In this document: piece by piece, positions 47,028 to 58,000 of the stretch | Layout: each line of letters starts with the position of its first letter | Position numbering within the stretch: position 1 is the first letter of the stretch | Virus record (IMG/VR): IMGVR_UViG_3300032116_000047 | DNA length: 64,000 nt | DNA from: an uncultured virus (IMG/VR IMGVR_UViG_3300032116_000047) | Taxonomy: Duplodnaviria; Heunggongvirae; Uroviricota; Caudoviricetes | Direction: 5' to 3' (one strand) | The notes under the pieces: model-generated | The model's input: the letters and a program-made list of their open reading frames with translations, nothing else | Database searches by the model: none | What the model was told of the DNA's origin: nothing | Position numbers and translations under genes: made by a program

Positions 47028-47166
47028 ATAACTTTTTAATTTTCAATTTTCGTCTTTCAATTTTATTTCGATATTTGCGAATATTTTTAAGATTGATATT
47101 TAATCTATCTAAAAGATTAGGATCAACTTCAGTTTTTATTATTCTATTAAAGTAATCAACTATCAT
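47020..47166 (-). CDS. 48-aa basic micro-protein, not in the ORF track
   Basis: MIVDYFNRII...ERRKLKIKKLYE; overlaps the flanking start and stop codons. Confidence 0.55.
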   Translation of the reverse strand: MIVDYFNRIIKTEVDPNLLDRLNINLKNIRKYRNKIERRKLKIKKLYE

Positions 47167-47759
47167 AATTTTTTAAATATGTATAAATGGTCTAAATTAA
47201 TCTTTTCTAAATCATTAAACTCTTCTAATAAATTAAAATGACCCAATCCTTTATTAGCATGTTCTATAATAATAGACTCTGGTTTGATTTCTGAAATTAT
47301 TTTTTGATACATTAGCTTTAATTGTTTATGATTATTAAATGGTGAATATGAATAAACTATATTAAAATTAGAATAATCAATATTCATTATATCATTATTT
47401 TCTAAACTAAGAGCATCTTTCCAAAGGTGAGATAAGTTATCTAATATAAATCTAATATAAACTTTTTGTTTCTCAACACCTTTAAAATAAAACTTTTTAT
47501 CTATTTCTTTAGATTGTAGATAGATTTCAAAAAGAGTATTTCCCAATCCAATTCCACAATCAATAATATGGTTTTCTTCTTTTAACAAATTCAACTCATC
47601 CAATCTTTTAAGTAGAAAAATATTTTTATTAATATCACTTAAAATATTATAATTTTCACCTACATTTGTAAAAATATCTACTGTTAGATTAGAGGTAAAA
47701 TTTTGAGTTATATTAAAATACTCAATCAAATCTGGATGTGGTTCTATTTCTTCAATCAT
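47163..47759 (-). CDS. Class I SAM-dependent methyltransferase (paralog of 8056-8664)
   Basis: IIDCGIGLG, GVEK, NIVYSYSPF. Confidence 0.8.
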   Translation of the reverse strand: MIEEIEPHPDLIEYFNITQNFTSNLTVDIFTNVGENYNILSDINKNIFLLKRLDELNLLKEENHIIDCGIGLGNTLFEIYLQSKEIDKKFYFKGVEKQKVYIRFILDNLSHLWKDALSLENNDIMNIDYSNFNIVYSYSPFNNHKQLKLMYQKIISEIKPESIIIEHANKGLGHFNLLEEFNDLEKINLDHLYIFKKL

Positions 47760-48291
47760 TTAATATCAAATTTATTTTATTATCTCTGTCTCTTTCTAAT
47801 AAATCAGAATAAATAACTTCTTCTAATTTATTCACATTTTCTAATTTTATAGAAGATTCTCTCAACTTAATCAATTTCTTTTTAACTATATCAATAAATA
47901 ATTGTTGATAAGGGCACTGACTTGTTTTAAGCTCAGTTTCATTTTCAATCCATTTACCATCCACTTTACGGTTAAATAAAACATATATTGTTGAGAAAGT
48001 ACCCTCGGAACTTTGAACTATTATAACATCACTGTCTTTAAAGATAGGATAATAATAATCTACAACTTTAGAAGTAACTGACTTATTTTTACCATTAGAA
48101 TAATTGTAATTTAAGGTTTGATTTTTCTCTATTTTATAAGATAAAATCAAACCCCTTCTGAGTAAAGAAATAGACTTCCAACTTTTGATGTATTCTTTCC
48201 AACCCGATTTATAAACCTCAATGAAAGAAGGTATTGATAGAAATATCAAAAAAAATGGCAATACTATAGAAAAAGCAATTAACCATTCCAT
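47752..48291 (-). CDS. Membrane-anchored hypothetical protein
   Basis: N-terminal TM helix; C-terminal RDNKINLIL. Confidence 0.6.
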   Translation of the reverse strand: MEWLIAFSIVLPFFLIFLSIPSFIEVYKSGWKEYIKSWKSISLLRRGLILSYKIEKNQTLNYNYSNGKNKSVTSKVVDYYYPIFKDSDVIIVQSSEGTFSTIYVLFNRKVDGKWIENETELKTSQCPYQQLFIDIVKKKLIKLRESSIKLENVNKLEEVIYSDLLERDRDNKINLILND

Positions 48292-48500
48292 TATCCTAAG
48301 ATTTGGTCAATTTTATCATTTCTCTTTTCGGCTTTTTCACGAGCCAAACGGATTGAAACGCGGTATTCCATCTCCCCCAATCTTTCATCCTCGGTCTCGG
48401 TTTTATATTCACTCCAATTATAATCATTGTATTGATTTAGATAATAATTTACATCTACATATTGGTTATATTCTTTATAGCTAACGTATTTATTTTTCAT
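48291..48500 (-). CDS. Small hypothetical protein
   Basis: C-terminal RNDKIDQILG. Confidence 0.6.
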   Translation of the reverse strand: MKNKYVSYKEYNQYVDVNYYLNQYNDYNWSEYKTETEDERLGEMEYRVSIRLAREKAEKRNDKIDQILG

Positions 48501-48502
48501 AA

Positions 48503-49213
48503 TTATAAATTTATTAAATCGTTTTTAACTTTTTCCATTCCAATAGAAGCAACTTCTTGAATGTGTGTCAAAAATGGTCTTCTTTGTTTATCTACATAGA
48601 AATCCATATCAGATGGATCAACCACATAGATAAGTGTGTTTGGTTTTGTTAAGAATGGAATTTGATTAGCAGGAGCAACTTGCATAGAAGTTCCTACAAT
48701 AACACAAACATCACACTCATACGCTGCTTCTTCTGCTCTTTCTATAAATTTAGGATTTAAGTTTTCACCAAACCAAACAATATGTGGTCTTAATTGAGAT
48801 CCCCTTTCACATTTATCACCTACATTGCAATCTTCGGTCCAATCATAAACTAAAGTAGAATCCAAAGTAGAACGGACTTTTGTTAATTCACCATGTAAGT
48901 GTATAACATTAGTTGATCCAGCTCTTTCATGAAGATTATCAACATTTTGTGTTACAACGGTCACATCAAAGTCTTTTTCCAAATAGGAAATTATTTGATG
49001 CGCTGAGTTAGGATGGACTTCTTTAAGTTGAGAACGACGCATATTGTAGAAATTTAAGACTTTCTCTCTATCTCTACGCCACCCATCAGGAGTAGCAACA
49101 TCTTCTACTTTATGGTTATACCATAATCCATCATCTCCTGTCCTAAAAGTAGCAACTCCACTTTCAGCTGAAACTCCAGCTCCGGTAAATATTAAAATTT
49201 TCTTCTTTTCCAT
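48503..49213 (-). CDS. cobB: Sir2/CobB NAD-dependent deacylase
   Basis: GAGVSAESGVATFR, TQNVDNLHERAG, HLHG, LRPHIVWFGE, VGTS. Confidence 0.93.
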   Translation of the reverse strand: MEKKKILIFTGAGVSAESGVATFRTGDDGLWYNHKVEDVATPDGWRRDREKVLNFYNMRRSQLKEVHPNSAHQIISYLEKDFDVTVVTQNVDNLHERAGSTNVIHLHGELTKVRSTLDSTLVYDWTEDCNVGDKCERGSQLRPHIVWFGENLNPKFIERAEEAAYECDVCVIVGTSMQVAPANQIPFLTKPNTLIYVVDPSDMDFYVDKQRRPFLTHIQEVASIGMEKVKNDLINL

Positions 49214-49299
49214 AATATTTTACAAAGTTAATAAAATTAAGTTTTATATTCTATAGAAACTCTTTATAAATTTATATATAGATAAAAGAATTCTTTTTA

Positions 49300-52200
49300 A
49301 TGGCTTATAAAGTTGGTGATAAGGTGATTTATCAAAATCAAATTGCTACAGTTAAAAAAGTAGAGGGTAGTTTTTTAACAATCGATTGGTTATTTGGAAC
49401 TAAAAAGATACCGGATATTGCGGTCAAACCGGCTCCTATAGATCCACCAACTACACAGAATACCAATCCACCTGGTAACACATCTCCTGGAACTCAATAT
49501 AAGCCAGGTGATTTAGTAATTTATAAAAATGAACCAGCTGTAATACTTGAGGTAAATGAACCTTTTCTTAAAATCAAAACCGAAAATAATACCAAAAATG
49601 TACCAAAAACAATGGTTAGTCCTGAGCAACAAGATACTACCACAAATACAAATACTACTCAGAATCAACCACCAAATCAAATAGAATACAAAGTAGGTGA
49701 TAGAGTAATTTATGAGGGAAAGATTGCCACAGTTATTAAATTAGAAGGACCTTTATTCATTAGAATAAGCTCAACTTGGGGTACAAAAAAAGTACCTAAA
49801 GATAAAATCAAACCCGAAACAACAACCGGTCAAACTACACAAAGTTCATCTATAAAAATAAAACCTAGTACAGACTTAAAGATTAAAGACAAAAACATTA
49901 ATCCTTTGAATTCTAATTTAAATTTATCAACGGGTACAAAAAATACAAACTCAGGATTTAGTAATTTAAATACTAATAATATCTTAGCTAATAAGTTAAA
50001 GGATTTAATAAAAATTAAGCCTGTGTTGCTTAATACTCAACAAGTTCAAACCTTACCCGATAGTGAAGTCGGTGGATTTAATGGATTGGGATTTAGTACT
50101 GGTTTTGTTGGATTTGATACTAATTTAGATATACTACAAAACACCAGTAAGTCGTTTAGTCCAAGAATCTTAAATTGGATTGAACCATACACCATCAAAG
50201 GATCTAGAAAGACTCTATTTTATACGGAAGTTAATTCTGGATTAAAAGTAGGTGATAGAGTTTTTATTATTAATGGTAATTATGATAGTGATTTATTAAT
50301 CAAAAAAAACAAATACAAAAGGGGAAGAGATGGTTATAAAGTTCTATTTATAGACAGATGTCAAATCGTTTTAGATATTGATTATACTGGTGTTTTGCCA
50401 TATATAGAGTCCGATATCGATGATTTTATAAATATTTTTTATGTCAAAAATGAAGATGATTTTTTATATGCTAATAGACAAATAACAACAAGAAGTGGTG
50501 AATTTGACTATAGATATAATTTCTATCAAAACAATATTATTTACGTAGATCAAAACTACAGTCCAATAAGTTCAGGGTGGGGTTTTAATTTAGGAATAAC
50601 AGCAGGTCCTGGTTTTTATGTAAGAGATGATCAGAATATCACATCAGATGGTACTTGTTCTTGGATAAATATTAGTTATCCACTTATTGATTTAGGAACT
50701 TATTCTTATGCTCTTTCACCAAGTTATTCAACTGTAGATAGACTAAAAATATCCGGAGGATCATTTACTTATGACTATAATGATTTCAAAGAAGATTTTA
50801 TTTACAAGTGGGATGTTGGTCCTACTCAGTCAAAATGGATACCAGACGTGAGTTATTTTAAACCAATATTAACAAAGGGTAATTTTAGAGATGGTAATTT
50901 TAATGGAGTATTCAATACTGGTCTTTTCGGAAGACAGGATAAAAAAATAACCTGGACAGGAAATAAATCAACTTGGAACAATGGAACTCTTCTTAATACT
51001 AAATGGTTAAAGGGCACTATGAATTCAAAATTCAATTTGACAGAAAGTTATTTTACAGAACTTGATGAATTCGGATTTCCTTATCAGAAAATAAATGGAC
51101 CTAACAACAACACTAGAGGATTTAATTTTATTATTGACTCTGAAATTGATAATTCAGTTATAGAAAATGCAACTTTCATAAATACAAAAATTGGAGCAAC
51201 CTCTTCGACATACTCAGTTATTGAAGAATATATTCTATCCAATCCAATAGTATATAATAATACTATTAAAAAAGGTTATTTTGAAAATTGTGATTTTAGA
51301 AATATAGATATACAAAATTCGGAATTAAGAAATACTAGAGTTGAAAATGCAAATTTGAATAATATAAAATCTATTAATTCTTATTACAAAAAATCGCTTG
51401 TAAAGAATTCAGACTACTTAAGTGAAAATATAGTTAAAATTATTGGATATGATGAATTTAACATGTCTGAAAATAGAACATTAACTTCTACAATGAGTTC
51501 TTACGTGACTCACAAAATTTACAAGTTCTACGTGGATAAAATTTCTTTTGATAGATTTAAAAATGGAGATATTTTTTATATAAAAGGATTAAACTTAAAT
51601 GATGGTAATAAAAAACTACTTAACTTTTTTGATAAAAAATTTAAAATTGGAAATTGGGTAGAATATAATGACAAATTATATGATACAAACACTTTTACAC
51701 AACAAGTTCCTAATATAGCCACTTTTTCTTTTTATAAACAAGGAATAGAGTGTGGTGCTTTTTTGAGTTCAAAATCTGATAATAGTTATAAGTATAATTC
51801 TCTAACAACAACAACAGGAATTGAATTATACACTGATACTATTTTTGAAAATAATAAAAATTATTCAATAGACATCATATTCTCTTTAATAGATATAAAT
51901 TCAAATAGTTTATCGGTTACAAACATTGATGAATTAAATTTTAATACAGACTTAACTTCTCCGATTAACTCATCACCAACTATGTCGAACTATTTAGGAA
52001 ATATTGTAGATTTTTCTGCTGCTTATTTAATCGATTCTGACTTTGAAAGTGGAATATTTGAAAGATCAAATTGGAATTCAGGACTAAACATAAATTTTAG
52101 TAATGATGTGAATTTCACAATACCGGATTCAGCTGGCGGAAGATATAACATGACAATAGTTACACAAAGTTCATCTATAATCGTCAGCACATCAATTAAT

Positions 52201-55089
52201 TCATTAACATGGACAGAAAGAGAAACCGAAATCGGATATCTAAATCCTGGAGAAGTTGTATTTTTAAACTCTGTATATTATGACACCACTGGAAAAGTTG
52301 ATAGTCTGATATTAGTAACTGGAGGATCGGGTTATACAACATCTCAATATCCATATGGTGGATCTTCTTCTGCCACAACAATAACAAGTGGAGAAGGTAC
52401 AGGTTTGGTTTTGGATTTTTTAACAAATACAACAGGTAGTATTTTAGCTGTCAATATTATAAACGCTGGTTCTGGTTATGTGCCAGATACTAATTATATA
52501 AATGAACTTCTAATTAGTCCAAATGGATTACTTGGAACAGTCGATTACACATCTAGTTCAATTCCTCCATATTCTATAATCTCAGTAACAATCTCGGCCG
52601 TTGGAGCTGGATATCAGATTGGTGAAACATTTAACTTAGGAGGTCAAAGTTGTCAAATTGAGATAACAGATATTACTAATGGTGAGATTTTATCTACCAC
52701 GATTAGTGGAAGTGCAGGAATACATTATCAAGTAGGTGATATTGTTAATATCTCGGACGGCAATTTAAATGCTCAAGTTCAAATAACATCGGTAACCGGA
52801 TCAATGACAAAATTACCAGATGCTTATAAAATTTTAAGTAATATAAACGGTGAAATACTAATAAAAGAAATAAATCCGATAACATATTCTATATTTACTA
52901 ATTTATTAGAAGGTGGTGAATTTGTGACACCAGGTGCTAATAATAGATGGGGTTATTTTCATAAATCAAAAATCACTAAATCAAAAATTAAAAAGGGTTT
53001 ATTCAAAAGAACTTATCTTAAAGAAAATTTAATTCAAAATGAAGATATTAATTTAGTAGATAAAGACTTTAATAACTTATTACTATTTAAGGAATTATTA
53101 GTATCAGACATTCTATTCACAGACAATCAAAATTTGATGGCTAAGGCATCTTATGTTAATTCAAATTTCATAAATTCATCAGATAAATGGATAGAAGGCT
53201 TATTCTATAATTCGACTTGGAATGCTGGAACTTTTTCAAAAGGATTATTCAAGGAGTCAAACTGGGAAAACGGTATTTTTGAATCTACCTATACTCAAAA
53301 AAACGAACTGAAATCTGGAGGATCTTTATTTTACTCATCTAGAACTTTTAATGCTAGTCCGGATGCAAATAGTCAGTTCTATGACGTTGATAGAATCTAC
53401 TCACACTATAAATCCGGAGAAACCGATGAATATGTGTGGAATAATAGATGGTCTTGGAGAGGAGGAATTTTTAAATCCGGTGATTTTGAAAAATCTGACT
53501 GGGAAAAAGGTGACTTTTTAGACGGAAGATTTTATGACTCAAAATGGTATGCTGGAACTTTCAGTAAGGGAAATATTGGAGATACTAAGTTATCTACAAA
53601 TGACACCAGATTTTATAACGGTCAAATAAACTATGCTGTAGTTCAAAATGCTAGAATATATGCTGATGATACATCTTTTAATGGTCTTTCGGCATCAAAT
53701 ATACTTTGGAAAGACGGTATATTTAATTTAGGACTTTTTGCTACTAATTATTTCCCGGCTATACATACAGCAACTTGGGAAAAGGGAACTTTCAACGGAG
53801 GAGATTTTGATCATGAGGCTGTTTGGCTTGATGGAACTTTTAATGGTGGTAAATTTATATCTGGGTATGGGTGGACTTCAAGTACTGACTATTCAAATAT
53901 TTCACTTTTTCAAACAAATTATACTTGGCAGAATGGTATTTTCAATGGTGGAGAATTCGGAACAGGATATCTTGGAACTAACTCACTTTGGTTTGATGGT
54001 GAATTCAACGGAGGTAAGTTTAAAGGAAGAATTTGGAAAAGTGGAATTTTCGAAAATGGGAATTTCTATGGAAGCGGAACATATACACCAGTTGGTGGAT
54101 ATGATATAGACGCAATGACTGAGTCTAATGCTAGTAGATTTTTTGACTCATACAGCCAATCTTTCTATGGTCTATGGTTAAGCGGTGTTGTTTCAAATGA
54201 AAAAGATTCTTATATTAAAGATAAGAAATTATTTACAAAACTGTTAAAATCTGAAAAATTTAATTTTACTAATAAGAGTGCAAATTTTGAAAATATGCTT
54301 TGGTATTCAGGAACATTTAGCCATCCTGGTGGAAAAATTTCTAATTCAGTTTGGCTTGATGGATATTTTTCGAAAGGAAAATTCAATAAAAGTTCATTTA
54401 ATCCATTTGTGAAAAGAGATGGTGTAAATTACACATTTAATTTGAGTGATGATTTATCAAGTGCCTCAGGTTCTTGTTTCTGGAATGACGGTATTTTAGA
54501 AGAAAGTGATTTTTATATCTCTCAATGGAGAACTGGTAAGTTCAATTCAGGAACCGGTATAGGAATGGTTTGGAAAGGAGGAGTCACTAACTATATGAAT
54601 GCCTACAATGTTTTCTGGGAAGATGGTATTTGGAGAAATGGTAATTGGCAAGGTTCCAACTTTGGATTCTCAGGGAGTGTTGATTCTGAGTTTAATAGAC
54701 AGATATTATATAGAGGTATGTCATGGTCTGGTACTTCATCCTGTCATGTTTGGAATGTATTTTTACAATCAAGTGGAGGCACCTATACAGTTTATACCGC
54801 CTCTACTATTCTATCTGATACACCAGATAATCAAGTTCAACAAGGTCCTGCATCATTCAATCCTTCGGATATAAGATTGAAAGAGAATTTAGTTAATGTT
54901 GGAAAATCAGATTCTGGAATTAATATTTATCAGTTTAACTATATAGGAGATACTAATATTTATCAAGGAGTCATTGCTCAGGAGTTAATTTATACAGAAT
55001 TTAAAAATGCTGTTATAATTGAAAACGAATTCTATAAAGTTGATTACTCAAAAATTGATGTTGAGTTTAAAGAACTATCAAACTATTAA
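49300..55089 (+). CDS. Giant virion/tail protein: three N-terminal YKxGDxVIY repeats, WxxGxFxxG repeats, C-terminal S74-type intramolecular chaperone domain
   Basis: 1929 aa; PSDIRLKEN...YQGVIAQEL...VDYSKIDVEF at the C-terminus. Confidence 0.75.
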   Translation: MAYKVGDKVIYQNQIATVKKVEGSFLTIDWLFGTKKIPDIAVKPAPIDPPTTQNTNPPGNTSPGTQYKPGDLVIYKNEPAVILEVNEPFLKIKTENNTKNVPKTMVSPEQQDTTTNTNTTQNQPPNQIEYKVGDRVIYEGKIATVIKLEGPLFIRISSTWGTKKVPKDKIKPETTTGQTTQSSSIKIKPSTDLKIKDKNINPLNSNLNLSTGTKNTNSGFSNLNTNNILANKLKDLIKIKPVLLNTQQVQTLPDSEVGGFNGLGFSTGFVGFDTNLDILQNTSKSFSPRILNWIEPYTIKGSRKTLFYTEVNSGLKVGDRVFIINGNYDSDLLIKKNKYKRGRDGYKVLFIDRCQIVLDIDYTGVLPYIESDIDDFINIFYVKNEDDFLYANRQITTRSGEFDYRYNFYQNNIIYVDQNYSPISSGWGFNLGITAGPGFYVRDDQNITSDGTCSWINISYPLIDLGTYSYALSPSYSTVDRLKISGGSFTYDYNDFKEDFIYKWDVGPTQSKWIPDVSYFKPILTKGNFRDGNFNGVFNTGLFGRQDKKITWTGNKSTWNNGTLLNTKWLKGTMNSKFNLTESYFTELDEFGFPYQKINGPNNNTRGFNFIIDSEIDNSVIENATFINTKIGATSSTYSVIEEYILSNPIVYNNTIKKGYFENCDFRNIDIQNSELRNTRVENANLNNIKSINSYYKKSLVKNSDYLSENIVKIIGYDEFNMSENRTLTSTMSSYVTHKIYKFYVDKISFDRFKNGDIFYIKGLNLNDGNKKLLNFFDKKFKIGNWVEYNDKLYDTNTFTQQVPNIATFSFYKQGIECGAFLSSKSDNSYKYNSLTTTTGIELYTDTIFENNKNYSIDIIFSLIDINSNSLSVTNIDELNFNTDLTSPINSSPTMSNYLGNIVDFSAAYLIDSDFESGIFERSNWNSGLNINFSNDVNFTIPDSAGGRYNMTIVTQSSSIIVSTSINSLTWTERETEIGYLNPGEVVFLNSVYYDTTGKVDSLILVTGGSGYTTSQYPYGGSSSATTITSGEGTGLVLDFLTNTTGSILAVNIINAGSGYVPDTNYINELLISPNGLLGTVDYTSSSIPPYSIISVTISAVGAGYQIGETFNLGGQSCQIEITDITNGEILSTTISGSAGIHYQVGDIVNISDGNLNAQVQITSVTGSMTKLPDAYKILSNINGEILIKEINPITYSIFTNLLEGGEFVTPGANNRWGYFHKSKITKSKIKKGLFKRTYLKENLIQNEDINLVDKDFNNLLLFKELLVSDILFTDNQNLMAKASYVNSNFINSSDKWIEGLFYNSTWNAGTFSKGLFKESNWENGIFESTYTQKNELKSGGSLFYSSRTFNASPDANSQFYDVDRIYSHYKSGETDEYVWNNRWSWRGGIFKSGDFEKSDWEKGDFLDGRFYDSKWYAGTFSKGNIGDTKLSTNDTRFYNGQINYAVVQNARIYADDTSFNGLSASNILWKDGIFNLGLFATNYFPAIHTATWEKGTFNGGDFDHEAVWLDGTFNGGKFISGYGWTSSTDYSNISLFQTNYTWQNGIFNGGEFGTGYLGTNSLWFDGEFNGGKFKGRIWKSGIFENGNFYGSGTYTPVGGYDIDAMTESNASRFFDSYSQSFYGLWLSGVVSNEKDSYIKDKKLFTKLLKSEKFNFTNKSANFENMLWYSGTFSHPGGKISNSVWLDGYFSKGKFNKSSFNPFVKRDGVNYTFNLSDDLSSASGSCFWNDGILEESDFYISQWRTGKFNSGTGIGMVWKGGVTNYMNAYNVFWEDGIWRNGNWQGSNFGFSGSVDSEFNRQILYRGMSWSGTSSCHVWNVFLQSSGGTYTVYTASTILSDTPDNQVQQGPASFNPSDIRLKENLVNVGKSDSGINIYQFNYIGDTNIYQGVIAQELIYTEFKNAVIIENEFYKVDYSKIDVEFKELSNY

Positions 55090-55099
55090 TATATAGTAT

Positions 55100-58000
55100 A
55101 TGAGTTGGTTATCACAAAGTACATTATTAGGAACAGGAGTAGGAGTAATCACACCTCATTGGAGATTTATTTCTTTGATGTCGCTCCCACCAGGACAAAC
55201 AGATTTTATCAATTCAAGTGGAATACAAAGAGATGAGAAAGAGAAAACTAAAAATTCTTATCTAAGACAAATGAGCTCTCCTGGACAAGGAATAAAATAC
55301 TCTTCTAATAAAACTTATATTTTTAAAACTAAAGTAGTGAATTTTAACTCTGGTTCTCAAAGTAGTTTTACTTCACTAGCAACTAATGGTTTTGCAGGAA
55401 GTTTTGGAGGATCGACTTTAGTTACATATGTTCAACCTTATAAAAAATTAGAATTAACTACACCTTGGAATTCAATAATAAAATATGAAGGATATACAGC
55501 AAGTGGTATAGTGTATTCTTCAGTTGGTGGAGGGGGAAAGAATATTTTAATATCGAATCCTACAATTCAGTGGAAAAAAATGGCGGATACGCTTCCCTAT
55601 CAATATACAAATACCGATTCTGATAAAAGCTGTACTTTACAATATGTTACGTCACCTCCACAAAACTATAATATTCCGGTTAAATTTACATATAAAGCCA
55701 CTCACCTTGGTTTTGGTTTTCCGTCAGTCATTACAGAATCTGATGTTATTGAAATAGATTGGAAAATTCAAGGATGGGCTTTTGCAACATCTACACAACA
55801 TGATTTTTATGAAGGGTGGTCTTATAACGAAATTACTAAATCTTTTAAATATATTCATGCTTCTAAGAATTTTAATTCACAGACGACACTTCAAAAAGTA
55901 AAATATCCATTTGGCACAACTCATATTGGTGGTAGTAGAATAGGAAATCCAGATAATTACATTGGTTTTACGGGATCAAACTATATAAGTAGATATTTAG
56001 ATTATGAAAAGTTTAATTTTTATTTCACTTTTGATTCTAATAATAGTCTTGGTTATGTAGATATATATACTTCTGATACCCTACCAAATAACTCGAAAGA
56101 TACTACTAAATTCTATAACGGCACAAACAACTTAAATGGTCTTAATAAGAAAAATTTTATAACCAGAATACAAAAAGATATAACAAATCCAAATCCTTTG
56201 GACGTAAAACTTTGGGGATTGACCGGGCAAAGATATTTGATAATCGTTGCAAATTATACAAATACTAATATATCATATCAAATAAACATAACAAATATAA
56301 GTATTGAAGGATCTTACTCTGAAGAGGATAATAACGTTCAAAGACTATTTACCAATACTAATCAATATGTTTCACCAACTACTCTTTCTGTAATTGGAAC
56401 TTCTCCAGATAGTTTATATTCGCTAACAACAACTACTGATATAACTAGACATCAACTAACAACTCCTGGGGGATTTGCATTCATTGGAGCTACTGGAGAT
56501 CCGGGATTCTTTAATTCATTAATTGGGACTGTAAGTAATCTATCATTGATTGAATCAAAAGTAGGAAACGGGACTTTTAGAGCTGGAATCTGGGAAAACG
56601 GAGTTTGGAATAATGGATGGAGAGTAGATACTACATATGAGGAGTTTGATGATGTATCAATAGCGATAAACCTAGATACAAAGAATATAAGATGGAGAAT
56701 ACAAATAACAGGAACTACTCAATCAGCTAGTTCGTTTGACTTAGGAGATAAGGTTTCAATCGGAAACATAGTCGCGGTGGATATTAACGATAAAAGAAAG
56801 CTTTTTAAAAATTATTTCACAGTTGTTAGTAGGGGCACAAATTCATTAACATTAGAGACTGAAAATAATTTTCCATTGAGAAGAATACAAAGAGATTCTG
56901 AAAATCATAAAATTAGAGTCGCTAAAAATGTTTGGCTAAATGGTGCATTCTTAAATGGATATTTTGAAGGAGTTTGGAATAATGGTTTGTTTAAAGGATA
57001 TCCTCTAATTACCGAGATGTACGATTCACATTGGATAGACGGTGAATTTGATGGTGGTCATTTTTCGGGACAAAAACTAGAATGGACCTTTACTGATACC
57101 TATTATATTGACGGATACGTAGGACTAACATTTGGAGCGACCGCTCACGGATTTGTTTTAAATGATGTGATAGAAATTGATAAATTTGATAAAACGGTAA
57201 ATCCTCAATACGATGGCGAATATGTTGTAACGGACGTTATTAATAAGACTCTTATAAAAACATCTAGAGAGTGGGGTGGGAATACTCCAGCTGGATCGGA
57301 GGGAGGTATAGTTAGAAGAAAAACTAAAACTGGATTAATTCAAAACTTTAAATTTAAAGATAATAACATAGCTAAATATAACGAAAAAACTCTTACAAAT
57401 GGTAATCCTGATTATGTATTTAGTTCCTCAGATAAATTGTTAATTTGGAATTATAATTCCTGGATAGATGTAACCTATTCAACTTATTCAACTACAAATA
57501 TAGGAAAAAATAGAGTTTTATTTAATCCGATTCCAAATTCACCAGAGGATATTTTCAATTCTAAATATGGTTTAGGTGAATTTACAGCAATGAACTTATA
57601 TGGTTATATAACTGATGATGTGTTATCATCAGAATCTTTTTTTAGAGATATAGATTCACAAGTTAGAAGAAAATATAATTTGGGAACTAAATATGACATT
57701 TATGAAGATTATATAGGAGAAGGATCGGATTTTAATGATCCTTTTTCAACAGATATAAATCAATCAGGATTGTCTAATTTCTATGCTGATGGATGGACAT
57801 TCAGCATAACTGGTCCAAATGTTTTAAGAACTTTGAAATGGGAGTTTATTGATAATTCTTTTTATACTGGAGGTAAAATTGGATTTATCGGACCAGCAGT
57901 TGAGATAGTTGATGTTGATCCACCAAATAATTGGGGAAATGACCATATTATACAAATAGGACAACAAATATTTATTACTCAGAGTGCGGTGCCTAATCCA

